From NCBI GenBank assembly GCA_951406725.2, contig OX597822.1, forward strand, positions 105,400,001 to 105,464,000: 64,000 bases of DNA, given 5' to 3'. Under the pieces are notes generated by a model that did no database searches, had not been told where the DNA came from, and saw only the letters and a list, made by a program, of their open reading frames with translations. Positions 14,545 to 29,292 of the stretch are shown piece after piece. The translations under genes were made by a program, and so were the position numbers. Source of the DNA: Octopus vulgaris (lineage: Eukaryota). The stretch's first letter is position 1; every line of letters begins with the position of its first letter.

Positions 14545-14596
14545 TTTTATTTTTATCTAGTTTCAGCTCACAAGCTGTGGCCATGTTGGGGCACCG
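14545..14596 (-). mobile_element. Short SINE 3'-end fragment related to the group-A tail, within (TA)n
   Basis: gtttcagctcacaagctgtggccatgttggggcaccg resembles gtttcagtcatttgactgcggccatgctggagcaccg. Confidence 0.55.
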
Positions 14597-14607
14597 TGTA
14601 TATATAC

Positions 14608-14643
<36 letters not shown>

Positions 14644-17003
14644 GAGATATCTCATTAGTAGAATAACTAATCATTTGCTCCATCAGAAAATATAAAAATC
14701 TCAACTTCAACCAAATTAATAATTTTCACTCAGCCTCGACTTCAAATATACACAACTTGAGTACCACTCTCAAACACACGCAAGCAAACATATGCGTATA
14801 TATATATACACGCACGGTGTCATTGAATTCTCTTGTCAAGTTTTCAGATTTAATAAACTTTCTCGTATGTATTTTATTTGACTTTACTAGATGGGCCATC
14901 GCTGTTCTGATTACACTTCACATAGTGAAGTGTAGTCAGAACGTCTGAGAGCTCATCGGTAATGTTAAGATTGCATGAAATTCAAAAGCTTTTATTTAAT
15001 TGCATTTAAAACTCTCATTACTGACTATGAAGAGTTGATTATCAGTTTTAATTTAGCTTCAGATTGTTAGTCATCGAATTCTAGTACCGCTATATGACCA
15101 GCCATGACACACACGCCATGTTTGTTCTACTTTGTTTAGTCCAACCCACATCGAGGAAACCTATGATCGCATATTTCCACTAATGACCATCCTATCATAT
15201 TTTTCATATATACCAGGGGCTATATTGGTCAGTTTAACATTGATTACATCGGACAAATGGTTTACATTTGCGAAAGATTTTGTTGCTATTTTAAGCAACA
15301 GGAGCTACCATATAGAATGTTGTCTGATAGTTCACCCCGCAATAAATTATAACAGAAACTTGCAAATAAAACAAAACAGATCGATATATTCCAATCATGA
15401 TTGTCAATTTATGTCAATTATATGTTAATATATAAAGATAAGGAGTGTCTTATTTAAGAATTTATATCCCTATAAGATTGAGAAGAAAAATATAGTAATA
15501 CCTTAAGTAAAATATGTCTGCGAAAATTATTGGAAAACTGCAAAATGGTGCAGACATTAATGAGAAACAACAAACTACTTTAGAAGTATATTTAATGCTT
15601 GCATACTTGCATAAATTAAAACTTCCCATTTCACGTTGTTGATCGTAGTGGATTAACTTAATTGATATTACGCAACAAGACGCTACCGTTTTCATGTTGG
15701 AAGCTTCCGTCACAAAATCGTTAATTGATTTTAATTCCGACCTCGCGTGTACTATTACAGAACAGTATTGACGCGCTGCGATACAACACCGTTGATTGAT
15801 GTAAGAGAATAAAATGAGTGACAATGAAGCAAATGAATGGTAAGAGCGCAAGTGTCTTCTTTCCTTGTATCGAGCAAAGCCTCATTAGCGAATTTTGGTA
15901 GGCGCTATTATTGTTGTTTAGTAGCTGACTTAATGCATTGCACTGCTAACACAAACACCCATCCCTTGGGTGATTTCAATGGCGTTCGTTGTCTTGCAAG
16001 CATTCAGTCGAACACTTTGGTTTGAGGATGACCGTCTTCTTTTCACCATTAGCCTTGTCATCTTAGAAAAGTGTCGCAGACGTTTCCATTCTTCCTATGA
16101 CAATGTCTTAAAAGATACATTTTTCAAGAACAAAAAGTAAGAAACAAAACCAAAGTCACCACTGTAGACTACGTAGCATATATACACCATTAAAAGCCAT
16201 AAATTCTATTGTTTTTGGTAGAGAGAAAGTCTCCTCATAGACATGTCCTGTTAAAAACACAGTATATGTCGGAGAGAGGTAAGCATCATTGCAGCGGTAC
16301 TCGCAAGAATGTCAGCCATATTTCGGCCGTTTTGGGAATCAAAATATGCCTAGACGAAATTTTTCCCCAGCCAAAAGGTCTAAACGCTTCTGACATCCGT
16401 TTCAATCACTGTTAAAACGATGTTCGCGTCATTCCGATATATATTGCAGTTTTAACACGAACTCACACACACATAAAACACACACACACGCGCAATGTAA
16501 CTCACACGCAATATAATACAAATACTACATTTCCACCTATTGAATTTATAAGTTCCTATCGGTTAGTATCTCAGAAAAATAAAACAGCTTGCTGTTTATC
16601 ATATTGTAGACAAATAAATATATATATTTTGCATATTTTTTTAAGAAACCCGATATCTAATACCTCACGAAATTACACTAAGGTTACATTCACGATGACG
16701 ATCTCCAACAAGGTCAAGTTAGTTAGGAGTTACCTCCCATACTTAACAACGATGGTATAATAGTGTTAAATCAATTTTGCTATGCATGACGTTCTGTAGG
16801 TCTTTACTTAGTTTTTGCACTACAGCTAAGGCTGTACTAGAGCTTTGCCAATGTGAAATGATTTAAAAGTAATTTTCGATCCTTAATGGACGACACTTTT
16901 TATGAGCACGCGCGCGCGCACACACACACACATATATATATACATACGAACACACGTTTACAGATATATATATATATATACGTATAAATAGACATATAAA
17001 TAG

Positions 17004-17110
<107 letters not shown>

Positions 17111-17907
17111 ATATATATATGCATACACATACAACACACACAAATACACACACACAGACTCACACACACACACAGACTCACACACACACAAGCACATATA
17201 TACCTATATAAATGTCAGGCTGTTCGTGTATAAGTGCATTTACATATTCATACATATTCATAACAAAAAAAATATATATATAGATGTTATGTTCTTGTAA
17301 ACAGGTATACATACATGTTCGCTTCATATTCAGCCTTTTTTTTTACCCCTGTACAGGCATGCATATATGTGTATATATGTACAGTACATACGTTTGTTTG
17401 CGCAGCTGTTCACGTGTGCATCTATATTTCAATTTCGTAGATATGAAGTAACAGACCATAGCGAAACTATAGGCTTGTTGTTTGCTGAAGGTTTTTTCTG
17501 CGCATATACCAATTCTTTGAGAAGCATTGATTGAAATAACGGCAAATATAAAGGAAATATATTCATTTACACGTTTCAGAAATATAAAAGATTATAGCAA
17601 TGAATGCTATCAGTGTGAATTCTCTGGGCATTATTATATTGCATTTGATCAGAAAGGGTTACGGTCACTTTGACGTTAAATACATTTTACCAAGCATTAA
17701 TGCAGATTTTCTGTAGTTATTATTATCGAAATAACTAGTTCACCATCGCTGCCAACGACTCCATATTTGTATTTAGATATTTGCTATCGTGATTTTTTTT
17801 TGTGTTATTTCATCTCAATGCAAATTTCTCGGGGATCCGAATATTGACAGGAAAGCTACAGCCCATTGAAATGTAAATATGTCTACAGTAGTCTAACAGA
17901 CAAACAA

Positions 17908-17932
17908 CCACAACAACAACAACAACAACAAC

Positions 17933-17989
<57 letters not shown>

Positions 17990-18110
17990 AATAATGATGA
18001 TGATAATGATGATAATAATAATAATGATGATGACGATAATAATAATAATAGTGATAATAATAATAATGATAATGATAATAATAATAATAATGATAATGAT
18101 AATAATAATA

Positions 18111-18141
<31 letters not shown>

Positions 18142-18229
18142 TAAGAGCATAATAATGATAATAATGATGATAATAATAATAATAATAATAATGATAGTAA
18201 TAATAATAATAATGGGGATAATAATAATA

Positions 18230-18293
<64 letters not shown>

Positions 18294-18306
18294 TAATAAT
18301 AATAAC

Positions 18307-18354
<48 letters not shown>

Positions 18355-18383
18355 GTAATAACAATAACAACAACAACAACAAC

Positions 18384-18424
<41 letters not shown>

Positions 18425-18448
18425 CAATAATAATAATAATAATAATAA
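17908..18448. repeat. Long (AAT/GAT/AAC)n trinucleotide microsatellite
   Basis: Direct inspection; source of the poly-I/L/Y ORFs. Confidence 0.95.
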
Positions 18449-18805
18449 AATTGTAATAAATGAAGTAAAGTCACAAGTATGAAATAACAACGCAAATGTT
18501 AACACGAGAAAACCATCAAGTTTTATTATTATTTATTATTTCATTTTTTTTTTTGTCTTTTCTTTTCTGTTGCAATGGAGTTTGATATTCATTTCCATTT
18601 TGAGCAAAACGCAATAAAGGCTCTCGTTGAAAAGAAAACCGGGAAAGAAAATGTGCGAATGAGTGAATATACATGTTGAAATGAGCATTGGCTTCGTTTA
18701 TAATTATCATTAGCATGATTATCGTCACCTTGAAGTCGGCGGGCTGGCTGGCAGATTCGTCGGCGAGCCGGACGAATGGCTTAGCGCCATTTTCTTTGGC
18801 TCTCT

Positions 18806-19212
18806 TTACTCTTTTACTCTTTTACTTGTTTCAGTCATTTGACTGCGGCCATGCTGGAGCACCGCCTTTTGTCGAGCAAATCGACCACCAGGACTTATTC
18901 TTTGTAAGCCCAGTACTTATTCTATCGGTCTCTTTTGCCGAACCGCTAGGTGACGGGGACGTAAACACACCAGCATCGGTTGTCAAGCAATGCCTGGGGG
19001 ACAAACACAGACACACAAACACACACATACATATATATATATATACATATATACGACAGGCTTCTTTCAGTTTCCGTCTACCAAATCCACTCACAAGGCA
19101 TTGGTCGGCCCGGGGCTATAGTAGAAGACACTTGCCCAAGATGCCACGCAGTAGGACTGAACCCGGAATCATGTGGTTGGGTAGCAAGCTACTTACCACA
19201 CAGCCACTCCTG
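18806..19212 (-). mobile_element. Group-A SINE nested in an old group-C' SINE (about 18733-19370)
   Basis: Near full-length A copy; C'-like head precedes it and C' body (ttcc..gtagacttc..catcctttcgagg..aagtaccagttgagcactg) follows. Confidence 0.85.
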
Positions 19213-19550
19213 ACCTCACATTCCAGCAAAGTAGACTTCATCACTCATCCTTTCGAGGTAGATAAAAACAAAGTACCAGTTGAGCACTGAGGTCCATTTA
19301 GTAGACTAACCTCTCTCCACCACCTCAAATGTCACGCCTTGTGCCAGGGAGCAATGGCTTTGAATTAGGTTCCATATCAACCCTAAAATTCCACATGAAA
19401 TTTTTGGCGTTTTCACACAAGCAAGATTGTAAATTAGGGATTCATAGTCGTGCTTTAAGGGTGCATGGTAATATTCTGCTTTAGATGTATATATTTTCAT
19501 AACACGTTCTCTGATATGTTGTAAACATACAGAAGCATATAGTATATAAA

Positions 19551-20251
19551 GGCGTAGGAGTGGCTGTGTGGTAAGTAGCTTGCTTAGCAACAACATGGTT
19601 CCGGGTTCAGTCCCACTGCGTGGCACCTTGGGCAAGTGTCTTTTACTATAGCCTCGGGCTGACAAAGCCTTGTATATGGATATGGTAGACGGAAACTGAA
19701 AGAAGCCCATCGCATATATGTATATATATATATATATTAATAAAGAAAACATATGCATATATATAAACATATATGTACGTACCTACCTCTACATGTACAT
19801 ATACACGCATATATGAGTACAGGACACCAAAAAGACGTCGAACACAATGAGAAATGGAAACATAGACACAAACCAAAGGAACAGGACATTTATTTAAAAA
19901 CAGCAAAAAAATAGAGTACAGGACAATTAACACAAAGAAAAAAACCCTTCTTCAGTCGCTATGGTTTCATCTACTCTACGTTTTGAAGGTGAAAGCGAGA
20001 CGTATCTTCGACAAGAAACTTTCCTTCCTGCGAAAAATATATTTATGTTTGTGTGTCTATATTTGCCCCCACCCCACCCCACCCCACATCGCTGGTGTGT
20101 TTACGTCCCAGTAACTTAGCGGTTCGGCAAAAGAGACCGATAGAATAAGTACTAGGCTTCCAAACGAATAAGTCTTGGAGTCGATTTGCTCGACTAAAGG
20201 CGTCGCTCCAGCATGGTCACAGTCAGATGACTGAAACAAGTAAGAGAGTAA
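19551..20251 (+). mobile_element. Group-A SINE interrupted by a ~300-bp insert in its internal microsatellite
   Basis: 5' half at 19551-19712, 3' half at about 20045-20251. Confidence 0.85.
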
Positions 20252-20309
20252 GCGAATGTGTGAAATACGAAACAGGAATTCTGAAAGAAATATCATAAAA
20301 CTAGTCGAA

Positions 20310-20384
20310 TGCCTATGGAGATCCATCAGAATAAAATGGAAATTAAAGGGGTCCATATTTAAAAAAAGGGGTTGAGAAGCACTG
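20310..20384. mobile_element. hAT (Charlie-like) terminal fragment
   Basis: Ends ggttgagaagcactg, the reverse complement of a CAGTGCTTCTCAACC-type TIR. Confidence 0.5.
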
Positions 20385-20540
20385 GAAGAAGAATTATTAT
20401 AATCTCCATCGATAACAGCAGCAGAAGCAACAGAAAGTAATGACCCTTAGTCATGATGCTGATGCTGCTGACGATCATCATTATGAATCACATCTACTAA
20501 AAATTCGATGATGGTAATGATGCTGATGACATTGAAGATG

Positions 20541-20737
20541 ATTTGACTGCGGCCATGCTGTAGCACAGCCTTTAGTCGATCGAATCGACACCAGGACTTA
20601 TCCTTTGTAAGCCTAGTACTTATTCTATCGGTCTATTTTGCGGGTACATAAACACATCAGCATCGGTTGTCAAGCGATGTTGGGGGGACAAACTGACACA
20701 CAAACATATACATACATATATATATATATATATATAC
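20541..20737 (-). mobile_element. Group-A SINE 3' half
   Basis: atttgactgcggccatgctg..ttgtcaagcgatgttgggggga. Confidence 0.85.
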
Positions 20738-20739
20738 AT

Positions 20740-21031
20740 GGTGGTGCAATGGCCTAGTGGTTAGGGCAGCGGACTCGCGGTCGCAGGATCGCTGTTTCGA
20801 TTCCCAGACCGGGCGTTGTGTGTGTTTATTGAGCGAAAACACTTAAAAGCTCCACAAGGCTCCGGCAGGGGGTGGTGATCCCTGCTGTACTCTTTCACCA
20901 CTCTTTCTTCTGTTGGCCTGCTCGCTTAGCCAGCGGGGTGGCGTCATTCGAAGGCTAAAACAATGCGAACGCATTGTGACCAGCGATGTGTAACAACATC
21001 TGATGGTTTGGTCGGTCACGTGATCACGTGA
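20740..21031 (+). mobile_element. Group-B SINE, tail type 1
   Basis: Head as at 31389; tail gaaggctaaaacaatgcg..gaccagcgatgtgtaacaacatctgat..gtcacgtgat. Confidence 0.9.
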
Positions 21032-21782
21032 TATATATATATATACATATATAAGCACAATTGTTGTTATTGGAGATTCGTTTAAAGCGGCGAGTTGATA
21101 CACTTTTAGTTCTGAGTTCAAATTCTACGTAAATAATCGTTGTTTAACATCCTTTCGTTGTTTGATAGAATATAGCACCAGTCAAGTACCGGGGTGAATG
21201 GTATTGATTAATCCCCACCCTTCAAAATGTGTTGACTTCTTTCTGTTGAACAATTTTAGATTATACGCAGAATTAAAGGTGAAAATGCATTTGAGAAATT
21301 GGTTGAGGTTACTGATTCGCTTCGGAGCTGGGAATGATGAGGTTTAGTAGAATAAACAGCATTTGACTATAATTAAAAGTAGCAATATTGCCCAGAATCG
21401 ATTATTAAATAGCTTTAATTTGGAATAGATGTTCAACTCAGACAGTCAGTCTCTGCTGTATAATACTAAATTATCGTCCTCTGTAAAATTGTCACTTAAG
21501 GAAATTAATCCCAGAGAATGCCTGATCGATGACTATCGAATTCCACAAATTACAAATTCAACTGTAAAATATATTAGGAGAATCGGTGTTAGGCTGAACT
21601 GACAGTTTGATAATGTCATTGAACACTATAATCTATCCACTTATTTTAAACAATCAAAGAATCTTATTGTGAAACCTCTTAATTTATTTCTCCCAAAGTA
21701 GTCGAAGATGTTTACATTCTCCAGAAATAATATATGATACAATTTTCAATGTAACCACTTTTACTCTGAGATCTAAACCTCA

Positions 21783-21826
<44 letters not shown>

Positions 21827-22015
21827 GGTGTGTATGTGTTTGTGCGTGTAAAAAATATGTAAGAATTAGTTGTATTTAGTTGTTGTTTAAAGTCCGATAT
21901 TTATTTTATTTAAATAAATCTTAACTACATTACTGTTCAAATACACTCGAGAATATACCCGTAAAATCCTGCCTGTCTATCAACTGATTGCTTTACCATC
22001 ACATAAATGAATTTT

Positions 22016-22323
22016 GTGGAGGCACATGGTCTAGTGGTTAGAGCAGCGGACTCGCGGTTGAGGGATCGCGGGTTCGAATCTCTGACCGGGCGATGTGTGT
22101 GTTTATGAGCGAAACACCTAAGCTCCACGTGGCTCCGGTAGAAGATAATGGCGAACTTCTGCTGACTCTTTCGCCACAACTTTTTCTCACTCTTTCCTCC
22201 TGCATCATGCAGCTCACCTGCGACGGACCGGCGTCCCGTCCAGGTGGGGAACCTATACGTCAAGGAAACCGGGAAACTGGCCCTTATGAGCCAGGCATGG
22301 CTCGAGAAGGAACAGACAAACAA
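22016..22323 (+). mobile_element. Group-B-related SINE, tail type 2
   Basis: B head and body plus cctgcgacggaccggcgtcccgtccagg tail; diverged TSD acataaatgaattt (22001) and acatgaatgaagtt (22324). Confidence 0.85.
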
Positions 22324-23104
22324 ACATGAATGAAGTTCAGATCTCAATAAAACGTCACTTATTAAAGGTATGCTACAATTGTTCACAGTTAGTTATGCGC
22401 ATAAAAGCAGAGAAATCCTCTTATAAACCTTTTCATATTTATATGCAGTGCGCTACTTCTCTTATCAAAATAGCTGTTAATACTTAAAATATAATCTGTG
22501 ATAAAGAATATAAATCTGTCAATGATTTTTATTTTCTCATGTTCATAAACCTAAAAACATATGTTTTTATGTCACATAATTCTGATTTGTTATAAATACT
22601 ATTGACAATAAAGAAAGGGACAGGTTTATTTCCAGAGATAAGAGGACAGTTGTGGACACGTGTCTCTGCCTCAATAAACGTCATCAGCTTGACAGTTATC
22701 CTTATCTATCGACTAGCATCCAAAGAGTATATACATAATATGAAACGTTTAAACAACAATGAGCTAAGTTACGTATCTCAGATTGGCCAGTGGTATGCAT
22801 AGGAATAACATAGACAAATACATGTTATATTCAATACCATATGACATACATCGTAGAGTTATTAAAATCATATCCAGATCTAAAGGCCGCGTCACAGTTA
22901 CTCAATGGCAAAGCCAGCTCCATAAGAGAAGGTGAGAAAATAACAAAAATGAAGAATTCTTCAATTATGACACATCCTCTATGGGCGGAAATAAGTTTCA
23001 TAAATCACGAATTTATATTGTATGTCATTTGGCACACCTCTTTATGTTCTTCAAATACATGTCCGTGGCAACTCGGTTACCTCCCTTATATATATATACA
23101 TATA

Positions 23105-23340
23105 ATAATTATTTGATGGAATATTATTCCTAACTTACAGGGAAAAATTCAATTTAGAAATACTAAATCAAATTTCAGAAAATCTACCAAATATATACGT
23201 TTTTATTATTATTTTGCAATTCACTTAATCATTGGTATATAATTGTTATATTATTTTTGATATTTCTATTATATGTAATTTTCTAGATGGTGTAATTTAA
23301 TTGATCATTTTGATAAAAGGTGTTTTTTTTTTTCTAATTA
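23105..23340. mobile_element. TA-flanked islet related to the 2568-2901 element (no hammerhead visible)
   Basis: Shares leader aacttacagggaaaaat with 2593-2609. Confidence 0.45.
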
Positions 23341-23573
23341 TATATATATATATATATATACACGCATATGGAGATAGGCCAAGACAAGCAAAGAGAAGAG
23401 ACAAACAGCAGTTGTTAGCTAGAGTTCCTATAATTAGTAACTATATCACAAATCAACTGATTCGATCTTGTCTTAATTAAAGTATTGTCCATTTGATGAT
23501 TCAGAAAGTAGAAGCATATGCTCGTAGTCACCGACTTTGTTTGCCGGTTTATATTATCTGTGCCAACCTGGAG

Positions 23574-23833
23574 TGGAGGCGCGTGGCTTAGTGGTTAGGG
23601 TGTTGAACTCATGATCGTAAGGTTGTGGTTTCGATTCCTGGACCGGGCGATGCGTTGTGTTCTTGAGCAAAACACTTCATTTCACGTTGCTCCAGTCCAC
23701 TCAGCTGGCAAAAGTGAGTAATCCTGCGACGGACCGGCGTCCCGTCCAGTTGGGGGAATTTCTACGCCACTGAAACCGGGAGACCGGCCCTCATGGGCCT
23801 GGCATGGCTCAAGATGGATCAAGAAGGAAGAAG
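23574..23833 (+). mobile_element. tRNA-derived SINE with a different body and tail type 2
   Basis: 14-bp TSD gtgccaacctggag at 23560-23573 and 23834-23847; (GAAG)-like tail. Confidence 0.9.
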
Positions 23834-24558
23834 GTGCCAACCTGGAGCCAAACAGCAGTAATAACATCAGCAATAACATGAGAAGACATTACATTGCCCG
23901 GTTCTAAAATCGAACCTGAAACCTTATGATCTCAAGCTCAGTACATTATCTAGCAAACAACGCACCTACACAACAATAACAATAACAATAACAATGGCAT
24001 CTAAATTTATAAAGCATTTTCTCCGATTATTCGTGAATCCATTAAGGAGTAAATAAATTAAGCAGTAAATCTATGTTAATCCATCTGATTTAGATATCAA
24101 GGTTTAAAATAAAAAGATGAGGAAAATAAGTAACAATCCAGGAAAAGAGAGAAAGAGAGAGAAAAATACATAGATCAATACAAAAAAAAAATATTTCATT
24201 ATAGAAATTCAGAGAAATTACTTTGAAATGCATGATAAATATATCAAAGATTGCAGGGCGATGCTTTTATCATCAGTTTAAATAGATTTATATTTCCGAA
24301 ATGTTTTCAGGTAGTGTAACATTTTATAAGAAACAATTTCATAATCAGCTTCGTTTCACCTAGCTGAAAATCTTATCAGTCACCGCTCAACATCTTTCCT
24401 TATAACCGATATAGTGTAATCTCGAATATTGATGTAAATGTCAGTAATTCGACAAGAAATATGAAAGCTCTTCGAAAAGGAGGAGCTTTTTTTTCTTTTT
24501 TTTTCTCCAATAAACTATTATTATCTGAAAGGAAAACCTGTTGGGTGTGTAGGAATGT

Positions 24559-24598
<40 letters not shown>

Positions 24599-24736
24599 AT
24601 TGAACATGGTGGTTGGGATAACTTATAAGGATTCCTAATAAAAATTACCAATCAAACGTTATTTATATGAAGTGGTAAGTTTATTGTCATGTATTGTGTG
24701 TGTGTGTGTGTGTGTATTTAGAGATATATATGTATG

Positions 24737-24768
<32 letters not shown>

Positions 24769-24817
24769 TGTATAATATATGAATATATATACATATGTAG
24801 ATATATATGTGTGTATG

Positions 24818-24879
<62 letters not shown>

Positions 24880-25814
24880 TGTATGTATGTATGTATGTAT
24901 ATGAATTGCAGATTTATCTAACCTACCGAGCGATATAGATGCTTCTTACTTGCAGAGAATCCCGCTTATGAATTAATAAAAAAAATACTCTTAAAGAATG
25001 AATTAATAACGAAGTGTTATTCCCAATACGCTGCCCTCTCCATTGACGTCGCACTTAACGATATGCATTCTCGAAGCCATCATCATCAAAAAAATCGAAG
25101 TTTGTAACTCAGATTTTTTTCTTTTTTTGTTTTTGTTTTTGTCTCTTCTTTTGAATAGTACAAAACAGTTTACTCCATGCAAACTAGGCAATTAATATTT
25201 TAAATGTGCCCTCCAAGCCTACACATAGTTTCCCCTGACTTGTGATAATGCACAAAATCTCTTTACTCTTCGCCAGCTTTCCAACTATAGTGCCATCTAT
25301 GCGTTTACTCGACCTAAAAGGAAGCAAAGCCCATTTTCCTCGAGTTGCTCATTACAGCCTTGAAAGGCCGCAGTTTACACTAGATAATTACCTCTTTGAA
25401 GATCACTGCATAGTAGAAGCAATAAAGATTGCACTGCTAGATCACATTTAATCATCTACATAAACAGTAAGGATGTGTGTGATCTAAACAGTAACAACAA
25501 GAAGACTTCGAGATCGATTTGCACAGATATCGGATTCCTATGCTGTACAGTTTTTAGGTTTCGTATTCTGCAGTCATTTAGAGAATCTACTTAAATTAGC
25601 GTTACACCTCAACTCAAATAAGTTAGTGTGCTTTCATTTTTGAAATTTTCTTTATATTTGCAACAAAGCAATTCTTTGAATAGGTTGTCACAAACAGTTT
25701 CACCGTTTACGAACATATATTGAAGTAACAGATTTTAAAGTTTAAAACTATCGTAACCATGACATTCCTATTATTTATTAAGACAACAGACTTAAAAGAA
25801 ATATTTTTAATTTC

Positions 25815-26231
25815 AAGGTGGCGAGCTGGAAGAAACGTTAGCACGCCGGGCGAAATGCTTAGCAATATTTCGTCTGCTGCTACGTTCTGAGTTCAAATTC
25901 CGCCGAAGTCGACTTTGCCTTTCATCCTTTCGGGGTCAATAGATTAAGTACCAGTTACACACTAGGGTCGATGTAATCGACTTAATCCGTTCGTCTGTCC
26001 TTGTTTGTCCCCTCTGTGTGTAGTCCCTTGTGGGTAGTAAAGAAATAGTTATTTCGTCTGCCGCTACGTTCTGAGTTCAAATTCCGCCGAAGTCGACTTT
26101 GCCTTTCATCCTTTCGGGGTCAATAGATTAAGTACCAGTTACACACTGGGATCGATGTAATCGACTTAATCCGTTCGTCTGTTCTTGTTTGTCCCCTCTG
26201 TGTGTAGCCCCTTGTAGGCTGTAAAGAAATA
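25815..26231 (+). mobile_element. Group-C SINE dimer
   Basis: Two monomers sharing diagnostic variants; approximate TSD agaaatatttt on both sides. Confidence 0.9.
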
Positions 26232-26339
26232 AGAAATATTTTAAATTCTGATACGCATGTATACGTACATTCTGGTATATATGCATATATATCCATCTCT
26301 CTCTATATACATACACACACTCTCACATATATATAGTTT

Positions 26340-26556
26340 ATCAAAAAACGGAGAAAAAGACAAGGGAAAACAACAACAACGTGAGGACGTGCTGGTAGAT
26401 GCAAAGTATTAATAAGACGCCCAGGGAACGAAAGAAAGGATTTTTATTTCTACGTTTCATGTAAAGCTCTTCTTGTAAAATAGGACTCTGAGTAAAGTCC
26501 AAAAGGAAAGAAAGAAAGACCGAGTAAAAATATCATTTTCATGGTTGGACATTTAC

Positions 26557-26560
<4 letters not shown>
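26340..26560 (-). mobile_element. Diverged family-D hammerhead-type mini-element
   Basis: Minus strand tatttt-acaaga-a-gagc..GAAAC-GTA-gaaata; flanking motif (tatta..cgcccagggaa) homologous to 34385-34410. Confidence 0.4.
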
Positions 26561-26600
<40 letters not shown>

Positions 26601-26607
<7 letters not shown>

Positions 26608-26769
26608 ACAATATAAGGATAGAAGAAAAATTCGACGTATCTGGCATTAGAATTTTTCTTCTGCCCTTATCTTGTAAATTATGTATAAATTTTACCTTTA
26701 AAGGCATTTTTTGATATGCTGGCCACTGATAACATTTTTTTGCCGAAAAAAAAAAAATTATCCTATATC

Positions 26770-26775
<6 letters not shown>
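26601..26775. mobile_element. TA-embedded islet with a ~33-bp inverted repeat
   Basis: ataatttacaatataaggatagaagaaaaattc (26601-26633) versus gaatttttcttctgcccttatcttgtaaattat (about 26650-26682). Confidence 0.55.
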
Positions 26776-26812
<37 letters not shown>

Positions 26813-26814
<2 letters not shown>

Positions 26815-27092
26815 AGCGTGATCACTGTGACCGACCAGGTTATCAGATGTTGCTACACATCGCTGGTCACAATGCACTTCGCATTGTTTTAGCTTTCAAA
26901 TGACGCCGCTACGCTAGCTAAGCGAGCAGGCCAACAGAAAAAAAAGTGTAAGAGAAACTTGTGGCGAAAGAGTACAGCAGAGATCGCCACCACCCCATTG
27001 CCGGAGCATTGTGGAGCTTTAGGTATTTTCGCTCAATAAACACTCACAACGCCCGTTCTGGGAATCGAAACCGCGACTCATTGCGCCTCCAC
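26813..27092 (-). mobile_element. Group-B SINE, tail type 1, with a deletion in the tRNA-like head
   Basis: Aligns to 31389-31692; roughly 35 nt missing at about 27077. Confidence 0.9.
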
Positions 27093-27112
27093 TATATATA
27101 TATATATATATA

Positions 27113-27530
27113 TACTCTTTTACTCTTTTACTTGTATCAGTCATTTGACTGCGGCCATGCTGGAGCACCACCTTTTCTTTTTAATCGAGTAACTCGACCC
27201 CGGGACTAATTCTTTTGTAAGCCCAGTACTTATTCTATCGGTCTCTTCGGTCTCTTTTGCCGAACCGCTAAGTAACAGGGACATAAACACACCAGCATCG
27301 GTTGTCAAGCAATGCTAGGGGGACAAACACAGACATACAATCACACACACGCATATATATATATATATATATATACGACGGGCTTCTTTCAGTTTCCGTC
27401 TACCAAATCCACTCACAAGGCTTTGGTCGGCCCGAGGCTATAGTAGAAGACACTTGCCCAAGATGCCACACAGTGGGACTGAACCCGGAACCATGTGGTT
27501 GGTAAGCAAGCTACTTACCACACAGCCACT
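27113..27530 (-). mobile_element. Group-A SINE, near full length
   Basis: High identity to 56033-56457. Confidence 0.9.
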
Positions 27531-28323
27531 CATATATATATATATGTATGTACGTATTGAAATTATTCAGATCATTTTTCTTCAAGCTCCTACGGTATTT
27601 CACTCTCTCTCTATATTTTTTTTACAAAAGCACCGCGCATATGACACACCTAACACTAGCTTTTGTGTCCAGCTATATGTTTACAAATTTCCCATGAGTC
27701 ATAAAGCCAACAACCTCGATGCTTTATATCAAGAAAAAACAACATCGCTGTTTAAACAAAGAACTTGCTTTCAAAGCAAAGAAATTATCGCCAAACGTTT
27801 ACATCAAAACCGTTATCTTTTATGAGATTGCAGGAAAGTAAATAAGGTTTTTACTGAGCACGCAATAAAATCATATTCTCATTCTTTTTCAAGTCCAGCA
27901 TTATGATGTCAAATCCTTTTCAGAAATATTTCCAACTACGTATTAAATAAATTCTTTTCTAACCACCACCAAAGCTGGAATTTATATCGCATATTTTTGC
28001 CTCCAGTTTAATACTAACATATTCCGATAAATTCAAATAACGTAACTGCCAACCTTAATCATCATGTGATCAATTTACGCTCGTGTGTGTGCTTCTGATG
28101 TCGTTTGGTGTTTGGGAAAATATCTTTGGAAAAATGCAGAGAACGAGGCAGGCCTGCGGTCACAGCCCAAATAACACTTTTGTCTTCATACTCATAACTA
28201 ATCAGTGCTTTAAATGTATGACGCATTATACACGTTATATCATTATAATCATATACATGCATATCTAAATACGCACGCATCTATATATGTGTGTGGGTGA
28301 GTGTTTATATATATGTATGTTTG

Positions 28324-28376
<53 letters not shown>

Positions 28377-28430
28377 AGTATGTTTGTATTATATATATAT
28401 ATAAACACATATATGCACATATATGTATAA

Positions 28431-28470
<40 letters not shown>

Positions 28471-28536
28471 AATATAAGAGAGTGGTCACTATATGGCTCA
28501 CTCTAGCACTAGTTAATCCAAAAGGTTTCAACCACA

Positions 28537-28579
28537 AAAATACATGTTTCCCATGAAAGTCAGTACGATTGTTAGCTCT
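28537..28579 (-). ncRNA. Decayed hammerhead motif in a TA-flanked islet (28465-28605)
   Basis: Minus strand agag-CTAACAA-tcgt..atgg-GAAAC-at-GTA-tttt; stem III palindrome ACATGT; core is two G>A changes from CTGACGA. Confidence 0.4.
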
Positions 28580-28598
28580 ATTCTCTCACCCTTATTAA

Positions 28599-28654
<56 letters not shown>

Positions 28655-28729
28655 GTATATATTTATATGTATATATATGTATTATTTATATGCATATATA
28701 TGCATATATACATATAGGTGTGTGTGTAA

Positions 28730-29292
<563 letters not shown>

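Noticed and set aside
18688-19290. 200-aa ORF and similar recurring peptides (FAEPL, RLPNPLT, RGYSRRHLPK)
   Set aside because: Antisense or sense translation of group-A SINEs.
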